A stretch of 64,000 nucleotides of DNA from Squalus acanthias. Lineage: Eukaryota. The translations under genes and the position numbers were made by a program. Shown here in pieces: positions 38,801-50,800 of the stretch (positions within the stretch are counted from its first letter, which is position 1; each line of letters starts with the position of its first letter). The stretch covers positions 310,001-374,000 of the forward strand of contig JASTWF010000363.1 in NCBI GenBank assembly GCA_030390025.1. Reading direction: 5' to 3'. The notes beneath the pieces were generated by a model that did not search any database, had not been told where the DNA came from, and saw only the letters and a program-made list of their open reading frames with translations.

Positions 38801-41800
38801 TTTTTGGTTTACTGATTTTTCTTGTTTCTATGCAAGAAGGTTTGTAGAAATATCAAGCTTAATAATTTTTTCCCATCTTCCTTGTGCTCCTACTTTCACC
38901 TCTCCCACAAAAAAATAAAATGGTGCTAGGAAATTTCCTACCTGGCCCATGTCAATGTCCATCATTAACTAGCCAGGAGGTCATGAGTAGCACAAGGTGA
39001 CTCCCCCTCCTTATCTTTTTCCCTGTGGAAAGTGCCTAGCCTTCACTAACTACCTTCCCATGGTGGCCTGAACTCAAGGAATGTGGCAGAGAGCATTGAT
39101 AAACCAGCATAACAACAGAAAACGCTGGAAAAACTCAGCAGGCCAGGCAGCATCCGTGGAGAGAGAAAGAGAGTTGACGTTTCAGGTCGATGACCTTTCA
39201 TCAGAACTGGGAAGAGCTGGAAGATAAACCAGCATGTTGGGCCACCAGCTTTTTCATACAGGGAAAACAGTGGTGTACAAGTACATTGGGAGCAAGGGCC
39301 TTCCTACAATCTAAAGTATTCATTGCCTCCACCTCTTACCCATCCCATAGCCACTGTAAATAAAACAATTCTCCTTTAGGGAAAAACTCAGCTTTTCGTA
39401 AGTGGCCGATTAGAGACCTACCATTTTGGGTCTTTTTAATCAAAAGACCTGCTCAAGCAACTCTTGCAATGAATCCATCTTTTCTGGCCAAGATTTAATT
39501 TTTCTCATTGTATTGATGCTCGTGAATTAATGCTCAGCACTGGGTAGGATCCAGATCTTTGTTTAATATGAGCGCTGCCTGATGGTGCATACACTGCATA
39601 AGTTACCTGAGCAAGTGTTTTTCCCCCAACAGGTCTCATGCAGGCTTCTTTCTCATTGGAATTCACTGGTTACGAGAAGCTATAAATAACGTTTACTGAA
39701 TTTGGTGATGCAATTTCAGAATGAAAATACCCCAATTCCCTAAGAATATTCCTGCCCTTTTAAGGCTAATTTCTGCCACATTTTGTTTTGGATAGTCTTG
39801 TAATACAGTCTGGATAGACGATCAAAATTATAGTATATTTTTGACATGTAATCGTAGAGTCCTGTTGGTAATTAGTTATAGGAGCATTTTAAAATTCTCG
39901 TTACAGCTGTACCAACTTACCGTGAAGCAAGAATGGAGGATTTAATAATAGAAGAAAGCTTTGGGGCCCCACAAACTGGTGAAGATGTAAAGAAACAGAT
40001 GTGTCCATATGCTGCCTTAGGAGAATGTCGATATGGTGTGAACTGCGTATACCTCCATGGAGATGTGTGCGATATGTGTGGCTTGCAGGTTCTTCACCCA
40101 ACTGATGCCTCTCAGAGATCAGACCACATAAAGGCAAGTAACTGAACAACAAGGAAGGATATTATTTTGTGCTTAAAACATTTGGTTTGATGTGATTTGT
40201 GGTGAAGCAGAATTAAGAGGATTGATGTGTACTTAATCTACATCAGCCTTAAGCTGTTTCATTTTTTTAAATTGTAGTTGCTGGGTAAATGATTCCCATG
40301 CCATACATCTATTTCACTTTTGTGCAATTTGTTCTGTGGCCATTTTTCCCCTGTTGCTGCTTATTCATGTTTAACACTTAATGTTAGCATTAGTCAATGA
40401 AGCATTTCAGAATTTATTTAAAGTTGCAGTTGGGATGTTTTACTGAGGACAGCAATTAAAGTAAATTGAATTGTATAGAATATATATAATGTCTACGATC
40501 ATGAATTCCAGAAGTTTGTAGTTGATTTCAAACCATCTTGTCTCGCCTGCAGTCTACAACCTGCAAGTTTTCTCTCCACCCCCCGCCCTCGTGAAAAAGC
40601 TCCTGTAATGTGCAAACTCTGATGGCTCTGATTAGAATCATTACACTCTTAACGTGTCACGATTTTGTGCAGGACAGCTGATCAAATATCAGTACTGTAG
40701 TTTATAACTATGCTAAAGAATGTTTTAAGAAAGTAAGTTGTGAGAGAAAAGGCATTATTTTGGAATACATACTATTCTTTATCTGTCTTCATTTTCCACA
40801 AACTACATGAGCTAATAGCAGGAATAGCTGTGGATAAGGCCCCTTTGGAGCACTTTTGGTATGGCATTAGAGCAACCCTTTCCCATGCTTCACAAAGGGT
40901 TGATGTGGTGGTACCTTTTGTCAATAAGAAACATAGCCCTGCGAAATGGAGTTTGTTTTTGTTTTTTGCTTATTTTTTGTGTTTCAGCTTGGAAAGCAGT
41001 TTGTCTTGCTTTCATTATGAAATTTCTTGTACGATCTTCGTTCAAGTAACTCATCCCATCTGCCTGGGCTTCAGTGGTTCCAGACATCCATGTCTGATGC
41101 TATTGTTTCTTGCTTATTTTTCTGGGCTTCTCTGCTTATACCAAAAAATATAATTTTCAGCTCCAAGACAGCATACACCAACCTATGTCCCAGCATCTGG
41201 CCAAGCACTTTTTAAGTGGGCGGGGGGAGTTGTTTCTTATGGGCCACTATTTTGTAATTACCAGGTTTTTTTTCCCATAAACATAATACTTTTATGTATA
41301 ACAATTAACATACATAATAAAGGAAATTTACGCCATTTGTGACTTTGTACGGTTCAATCTATTAAAGCAGATTAGTCTCAACATAATAAACCCTTGCCAC
41401 CCATCTCAATCCAAAGCAGTTCATACTACAGCACCTTTTCCATTTTTGCCCTTTCTGTCCCAAAATGCTGTAGTTGAGAACATTTCCCCACCATCATTCC
41501 AACTGGCTATCTTCTCTACAGCTGCAAATTGTTCAGAATTTATTAAGGCCTGTATGCCTTATCTCACTATCTTCCATTCCATGTCCCATTTTGTCTGATA
41601 GCCTGTGTTTTCTCATGCTATTGAAAAGCATGCCATTTCAATCGGCATAATCAAATGTGTTTTTTGTCCAATCTTGCAACCTGCTGGTTCCTTGGTCCTT
41701 GAAACTTGCAAAATCAGTTTTCTTATCCCCTTATATAAAGAAAGGATTTCCCCAGATTCTATCTGGGAAGAAAATACAATTCCCTGTGAGTGTATCTTGT

Positions 41801-44800
41801 TTCCTGATTTGAGAACTTCTTGCAGACAACACAGTGGTGAATAGTAGCTATTGTGTGATTAAGGGAAAGCAAACAGTAAGGTTATATTCTAAATTTCTAA
41901 TTTTTAGATTCTCAAAAGTGCAAGTGCATGGTGTGGAAATGGAGATAGTATGAATGATAGTCAAGTAAGGCTTACAAGGTCTTAAGAAAGGAGGAACAAT
42001 TTACAGTATGGGAGATACGATAGCTAATTTGGGTGGTGCCAGTAATTTACCTAATTTGGAATATTCAAGGAGCCTTGTTATTGGAAATAATTTCAGGTAA
42101 ACTAAGCAGTTTACTTTGGTGCCATAGAGGAGATTCTAGCAGGTGTGTAAAGAAAAAAAGTTAATATTCCTACTACTTTTTGGTCCCCTAAACCCCAGGG
42201 ATTCAGTACAATCTCCAGACCTTCTATCACTTGGATCAATTTCGAACAGAATCAAAATAGTCATTCATTCTATTTAAAATAACTTGAGCAATCTTTCCAG
42301 AAGATTGTTTTACAGAGATAGATCTCGAGTGTGATTGTTTTCATTTATAGAAGATTATTGGGTCTCAGATTTTAAGAAAAGACCAATACAAGTATCCTTT
42401 TCAGGTTCACATCCACAACTGTTCATGCAGTTATTTGCAGTGGTCCTATTTCATCTTGCTAATGAAGCAATTGTACAGCTATCCTTATTTTAGTGGTCAT
42501 CAGAATTTCCTCCCCCCCCCCCCCCCCCCCTCTCTCTCGCGCTCTCTCTCTCTCTCTCACACACACATGAGGCTCTATTTGAGATTTCTTATCTTTCAAT
42601 TGCCTCCTTTCCAATGGACAGATTCCTCAAGGCAAGAATCATTATCTGCCAAGAGATTGAGGGTGTCAGCAGAGCATATACAGTTTAACTTTCACTTTTA
42701 GCAGTCTTCAAAAAGATGATTGCTAGCTTTTTTCAGTAAGAATAAAGGAAGCTTTTGCCTTGACATGGTGTGGCCAGCAACTGAGATTTCTGTCAGAGTT
42801 CAAATTACAGCCTTCATCACTATCTTTGACATTGGTAATGAATATTCCTGGTGGACGACTTCTTCTTTCGTATGGTAGTAGCAAGAAACAAATTAAATAT
42901 CAATATTTAAGTCAGATATCCAGGCCAAAGTTTCCAATGTAACAGCTTGGATATCTTGTAGGCTGCCTGCAAATTTCCTCTGAGAGCAGTGTTCACTGAT
43001 GTGCTCCAGGTCTGATTAGGAGCTCCTCAGTCACATGATGGGGATGCTTTAATCTTCCTTCTATGGAGAAGGTGGCAGCATCTACCATGAATGGTTCTGA
43101 GGCGGTTGATGGTTGCCCACTGTTTGCGAGGAAGGTTTGATCCTTCAGGTTTTACTGTGGGGTCCTCTATAAGGAATCCACTTGGTATGTCGCAGTTCTT
43201 CGAAGCATTTCGCTATCGGTCATCAAGGCTGAGGGGAGATCGCTGAAGGGCTTCGGTGATGGTCCAAAATGGCCTTCTAGATTTGAGACAGATCGATGGT
43301 AGGTTGGTCAAGTCGGCCTGGATCAGCATGTCCCAGCCGGTGTACCGGTTGTATTCTCTGGAGACTGCAGAGAATACAACCGCTACACCATCAAAGACAA
43401 GCCTGGTGGACTTGGAGCCATATACAGAGTACATGGACCCAACATACTAGATTCCAGTGGAGTCCTGATCGCACCAAACAGTCTTGCGCTTTCCCCAGTA
43501 CAGATAGTCTTGTTAGACTCCTGATCTCTGGCCAAGCAACATAGAATCATAGAATGTCTTTGGATCAATAACATGACTGTTACATAATATTACAAATGGG
43601 AAGGGACTTGTTTGCAAGTTTGAGGAAGACTGTTTGATTAAAATTTATGTTGAATAAATTGACGCTCCACATGTTCGGTACAACACATGCTGTGATGAAC
43701 TCTTTCAAGATTTAGTGCTGTGAGTGATGTAACAGGACAATCAAGCAAATTTGATTACTACTGGTTTTAATTAATTCATTGTTTATGGCCATAATTTTGG
43801 TCATTATTTTAGATTTACTGTACAATTTTACCTTTTCTATTTTCATGGCATTTTAAGAGAGCCCTCTGAAAATATTTGAATAATGGAGTATTCTGTTCTA
43901 ATAACATGATTTTAGCTTGAACAAAAATATTAACTTGGCAAGTTTGAGATATATGCAAATCCAACTTAACTGATTAAATTGCAATATTAGTATGTTCTTT
44001 TGACTTCTGAATGTTCTTTATTATAGGCTTGCATTGAGGCTCATGAAAAGGACATGGAGCTATCTTTTGCCATCCAACGTAGTAAGGATATTATATGTGG
44101 CATCTGCATGGAAGTAATATATGAGAAAACAAATGCAAATGAACGACGTTTTGGAATCCTGTCCAACTGCAGTCATACCTACTGTCTCAATTGCATTCGA
44201 AAGTGGAGAAGTGCCAAGCAGTTTGAGAACAAGATTGTAAAGTAAGTCCCTTGAATCTAGATTTGTAGAAATGTAAATTCCTTTGGTTGTTTACAAACTA
44301 TAAAACAGATCCTTGTTTCTCTCTTAGGTTTTAATTTATTGTAAAACAACTTTGCTCTACTAAGGTCATTTTTGATTTGCATTGGCATCCAGAAAACCTT
44401 CCATTGCTAAAGCTTACAGTGCTAAGTGAAAACAAATTGTCTCCCAGTACCAGATTAGCAACTGCATCCCTTTGCTGTGTTAAATCTGGCTGTGTGTGCT
44501 AATTTACAGTAGTTACTGAATTGAGGTCTGTTGTCAAGTTTTTTTTTGGACTGTTTATGTAGCCACTGTAGCCTTTAATTGCTGTTGATGGGGAATGTAT
44601 TTGTGAATATCTAGTGGTGTCAAGGTTCATGAAAGGCATCTGAAAATCTTTTGAAAACTAGATATTAGCCTCCAGAGGACTTGAATCTTATTTTACACAG
44701 GGTTGCATTAGGTCCAACAGTTTCTTGCAGTTTTTTTTCCTTGAAATTGTTAGTGTTTGCTCTTTTTTCACTTGCAGGGTTAGAGAGTTCTATGCTTTGG

Positions 44801-47800
44801 TGGTCGACCCACCTTGTTTATTTTGGCATGCAGATAGGACAATCATAATGACAAATCAGAAATCTGTTCCTAAAACTTTATCTTGACTTTTGGCACAGAA
44901 TATTGAGATCTGAAATTTTCTTCACCACCACACACTTCCCTTGAAAGTAAGTAGAATTTAATTATTGCTTACAGCCACTAAATTCTATATGTGGATAGGA
45001 CAGAGGACATCTGCCGATCTGTGTAACGCACATGTTTATGTGATCTTAATGTAACACCTCAATGTCTAGTGCTTTTGTGCTCTGTGCTCTAAACTCGCCT
45101 CCACATTAAGTCACAACAGAATCTTTCTCCTCTCTTTGCATGATTAATTTGTTTGTGGAAGCTGAATGAACAAACATACCTACAGTAGGTAATTAAACAA
45201 CCTTTCTCATTCCTTGAATATACTTGACTTGTATGTACAGAGCTTTGTTTTTTGGTTCTATACCTGGCCTGACTCAAACTTGTATCTTCCTTTTGATTGA
45301 TACGAGGAAATTAAACACAAGTCACACTCTCGCTATAGCCTTGTTTGGAAAATGCCTTATTAATTTCTTTATGGAGGTACATGTATTTTCTGGTTAAAAG
45401 ACATAAATGTCACTATAGAAGACACGCCATCTGATTTCTGGTACAACCATACAATGCTCTTTTACTTCAAGTAATCACTACTGCTTACCAGCAAAACTGC
45501 TATTTATATGCTTGCAGTGAATTTCCAATTAATCTACTGCAAAAATACAGTGCAATTAGTCTTTTGTCAGTCAGGTGATATTTTTGTTAGTCACAGTAGG
45601 CAGTTGCATCTTCATGACTCCTCATCAATCAGCATTAATTTGAGCTGCAGTGCAATTAATCATGGCTAGATAGCGCACAGACCGTAGTAGAGAGCTGAGG
45701 ATGTTTTTAAATGATTGTTACAACACTATTTTTGGGGGAAGAATAGGAATACATTTGATGTAGCTGGGGTACAGTTTAGTAGTTTGTAGTCTCCTGTTGG
45801 CATTAAATGGTGACTATCCCTAATTCCTGGTGTGCAATTTCTAAGTCACACTTCTAAATAACATATTTTGTAGGACAAAGCTTATATTTAAAGATGTCCA
45901 GAAATGATCAATAATGCTTTATGGCATCAAAATAATTGGATTTCTGACATTTCTATCTTTTGAGGTGGAGGTGAAGGGAGCAAATTACGAACCTAAAGGC
46001 ACGGTCGACAAAAGGAGGAGGGATGTACTAAAGGCTAGAGTCAGAGGAACAGTGTTTAGGGAAGGTGGCAGTGTCTGAGGAGGTTAGAGATAGGGATGGC
46101 TGAGGCATTGAAGGAATTTAAAGACCGAGATGAAAATATTTGAATTGGGCGCATTTGAAGACCGGGAGCCAATGTAGGTCATGAAGGACAGGTGCAGGTT
46201 ACGATACAGGCAGCAAAAGTTTGGATGTGTTCTAGTTTATGGAGGATGGGAGACCAGCCAGGAGAGCATTGAAATAGTCGAGTCTGGAGGTGACAGAGGC
46301 AGGGATGATTGTTTCAGGGGTAAATGGACTGAGTCAGGAGAGGGGGCGGATGATATGCATCTGGAAGTAGGTGGTCTTTGTGACGGCGAGTATATGGGGT
46401 TGGAAATTCAGCTTCGGGTCAAATAGGATCCCGATATTGTGAAAAGTATGTGTCAGCTAGAGATAATGGCCAGGGATGGGTATATAATTTGTAGAGCCAG
46501 AAGCAGGAAAGCTTTCCATTCAGTCTTCACTCTGTGCTGCGTCAGTTGATCTCCTCAGTAGGGGGCTCTATAACCTCCGCACCCAGCTAGGGTTCCCACT
46601 CCTGATCGCTGTTCAATGACAGCTGCTAGATTGTATGTGGACGGCAATTGAAAATCTAAATCTTAGCTGTGATGTCTCTATGGTATAATAGCCCACTGGC
46701 ACTTGCTGTCCAAGCTTACACATGAAGACTAATCACTTTGTCAATTTGTAGATGATCGTCAAAAAATGGCAGAGGTATTCAATAAGTACTCCACGTCGGT
46801 CTTTAGTAAAGAGAAGGATATGGGACAGGAGCTGAATTCTAAAGTGGTTGAGAGTAGGGTGAGCAATATTATGATGGAAAAAAGGAGAACTTTAGGCAAG
46901 TTTGCTAGGCTAAGAGAAGATGACAAAGTGCCATGGCCCAACAAGGTATGTCCTAGGATCCTGATGGAGATGAGGAAGAAAATTGCTGAGCTCCTAGAAA
47001 TTATATTTCAGGGCTCCATTGGGGGCACTAATTCATATAAAACACCTGGACTTTAGGACAGCCTTTGACAAAATACCACACGAGTGATTCTTTCTTAGAA
47101 AAGATTAAGGAGTATGGAATTAGAGGGAGGATAGCAAACTGGATTAAGATTTGGTTAGAAGAATGAAAACCTAAAGTAGGAATTAAGGGCAATTTATCAG
47201 TGGTTGGAAGTGGGTAGTGCTGTCCCACAACGTTCAGTTCTGGGGCCGCTTCTGGTCACTGTGCACATTGATGATTTGGATATAGGTCTAGAGAGTAGTG
47301 TTGCAATTTTCAACACTACCAAAATAGGAGGTATAGTTAATTCTTTAGAAGACCAAAGGAAGCTGCAGAGGGCTAAAAGTTGGCAAATGAATTCAATGTC
47401 AGTAAGTGTGAGGTAGTATATTTTGGTTAGAAAAAAAGTAACGGTAGTAATTATACTCTGATTGGAAGTAGGCTCAATGCTGTGGATGAGCAGAGGGATT
47501 TGAGGGTGCAGGTTCACAGGACATTAAAGACAGCTCCTTGAGTTGATAAGGCTATGGGGTGAAAAAAGCTAATGCAATTCTAGGTTTTGTCACAAGAGGT
47601 ATAGAATATAAAAGCCAAGAGGGAATGATGAGCCTATTTAAAACCTTAAGCCCAAAAAGTACAGAATCCAGTATTGGGCTCCACATTGTAGGAAGGACAT
47701 TGAGGCTTTTGGAGAGGGTACAATGCAGACTCATTAGGGTGCTGCCTGTCATGAGGAAATAGATCTAAAGGAAAATGTAAAAATTGGAGCTTTATTTTGT

Positions 47801-50800
47801 TAGATGATATGATAGAAGTGTTTACAATTAGTAAAGGATGGGACAGCATAGATAGAAGTAGACTGTTTCCAGTTGTTGAGGGGTTTAGAACATAGAACAA
47901 GAGAAACTTCTTTACACAGAGTTATGAAGCTTGGAATTCACTTCGAGTTGGTGGTGAGGCAGAAACTGACCGTATTCAAGATTAGATTGGATAGGTGGAT
48001 AAAGGAAAATGGGATATGGAAATAGGGTGGGTACTAATTAGGACAGTTTGCTCACATGGCTGGTAAATGCTGGCATTGACTAGTTGGGCTGAATGGCCTG
48101 TTTCAGTGTTATGCTTTCTATGTATGTTTATGTACTTAAGTGAGGTACAGGAGGGCTGCTGGCATTTGTAGAACCATACCCAAGCATTACTTAATATGTT
48201 CAGAAGAGATTGGTAGAAAAGCAAACAAAATTAGACAAGGGAAAAAAATCCTCCTGCAAAATCACAAAAACTCTACATGTAAACAGTTACAGATACCAAG
48301 ATGTATTAAATTACAGTTTTTATTTTATTGCATAATCTCTGGGTTCAGATGTTTGTTATGAACCTCAAGGTTTCTGAGATTACTTGGATTAGATGACAAC
48401 TTTGTAGTTGCAATTTAAATTTATGAAACAACATGAATCCCTCAATTAGATTACTACAGGTTGAGCGTCCTGAATCTGACAACCTCAGGACCGAGGCCGA
48501 GCCGGTTTTCGTGTGTTTCCGGACTTCGGAACATGTTTCTGATGTCTGAAGTCCGGAAATATCGCAACCTGGGAGTGGGCGTTTCCGGACTTCGGACATC
48601 AAACACGTTCAGAGTCCGGAAATGTCTGGGCCGCTCCGCGTAGCGCTGACGCGTTTCTCCGCCCCTCCCCTTCTGTTAAAGGGGAAGGACGCTGCGTGCT
48701 CTGCAGAGCATCCGATGGCCCACACTAGGCCACCAGGGCGACGTGGTGTCGTGGCCGCAGCCTGGCGGAAACACTTAGTGGAGCTGTGCAGATTAAGGAG
48801 GATAAAACACAACACTAAAGTTTTATTGCATCACTCGCATTTTTCATAGGATTTTTCAAAAAAAGACAACAAAAGTTAATGGCTTTTTGAAGTACAGGTT
48901 GAGCGTCCAAAATCCGGATTCCGGAATATTTTACGGATTCCGGACGACCCTGCCACCAATCGTCCCGGAGTCCAGATTCCGGAACATTCTGGATTCTGGA
49001 ACTCCGGATTTTGGACGCTCAACCTGTATCTTAACGCTGCTTGTGGACATCAAGAACATTAGGTGGCTAGCATGTTGAAAGCTGTCTTGTGTAGGTCCTT
49101 TCAGCACACTGTCAAGTAGCTGATGAGGAAACTTTGCGACTTGAGATGCACCTTGATTTGATTGCAGAGGAAAGTTACTGAAGTTCTACACCTTCAACTG
49201 GTGGAACCATCATTAATGATATATGGTGTGTGTCTATGATGTGATCAGGAGGCTGGTGGCAATGCACTCCAATTTTGTGGTGTATTGTACAAGTTACTAT
49301 GCTGCTGGGGAGGAGTGCCTGGTATCTGCTGTAGATTAGTGAGGGTTAAATCCATTGGTTATCTGACTAATCAATTAGTCATTAGCCTTCTTGGTAGGAT
49401 GGAGGCAAGTGGGATTTCTTCGAGTTGTTGATTTCAAAGCAACATGTCTGCCAATGAGAGACAGAAACCAAGTTGATCCTGTGTGGCAGATTTGGTAATA
49501 TGATACCTGAGCTAGTAGGTCTGCAGTCTGGCTCATATAGACCTGGAGGGTAGACCTGTCAATGGGCTTGGAATCTTCCCACTCAGCCAGTTAACCTTGT
49601 AATTCAGCCAGTTAACCTTGTACGGCAGTGCTGGTAAGCTGTGCAATTTTAGTCGGTTAAACTATTTGTTTTGGTTAAGTTTTTGCTCTCATCGACAGCA
49701 ACAACAACTTGTATTTATATAGCGCCTTTAACGTAGTAAAACGTCCCAAGGCACTTCACAGGAAAATTTGAAACCGAGCCTTATCAGCTACACCTATGTT
49801 CTGTAGGCTTCTGCAAGTTAAGTGTATCCCGATGGAGGCGATGAGAGACTATGCACTCCTTATTGGGCAAGCAGAAATTCTAATAGTTTGCTTTGGATAC
49901 TGTTAAGCATGGCAATGATTTTTGTGCAACTCAAGACTCCTGACTAACCAAAAGTAACACACCCAAGTATATTTGTTTTTATATAAACTGACAGAAGCAT
50001 TTACAGTGTTACTGAGGTACAAAGGCTGGAACTTAGACTGACATATACTAAGCACCTGAGTTTTTTTTACCATTAGTAAAATTGCCTTTTTCTCTTTTAA
50101 TGTACAGGTGGTATTTAAGTATAGTTCAGTAAAATTTGAAATGTCATCATAGATCTCGATTTATGTATGTCATCTGAATATTCAGAGTAATTTGTTTTAT
50201 AAATAGAATTTTAATTGTGGAAAACTGGCAATCCTAATTAGGCTGGTATATAATGTGATATTGTGCAGATTAGCCTAATAAAAACAGTATAATTGTACAA
50301 TATAGAAGATCTAACCTACATTTTCTGTTTACTGCTCTTTCTGCTTGGCAGTAATTTTTTTTAAATGGCTGTAGTATGTACTTCACTGTCCTGATAGAGT
50401 ACAATTGAATTTTCTCAATTGTAAGTTTCAAAGTATATCTCTAAACTAACAACATACTTTAAAAGAAAAAAAACCTAATTGAATTCTTTTAGGTTATGAC
50501 TTGCCAAATTTTAGGTTAAGTGGACTGTTCCACTGATTAATGTAAAATACATTGAGCTTGCATCAATTGCACATCACTTAAAATCAGGATCGTCACAAGA
50601 AGAAGCTTGACTTGAAATCTAAGATATATATTCAAGTATTTTAACCTGTGTAATATCACTGATTAAATAATGCCCATTACTTAAAAATAATTGTAATTTG
50701 TTAACTCCTTCCATTAGCCCCTCCCCACCATTCCTTTTCCCAAAAAGTTAAGAGGTAAGCCACTTCCTTGTTTCTGTCTTTGCTGCTCTGAGTGGGTAGA

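Noticed and set aside
48895..49026. Repeated TCCGGA units resembling a CRISPR or operator array
   Set aside because: There are no regular spacers; these are subterminal repeats of a MITE in eukaryotic DNA.
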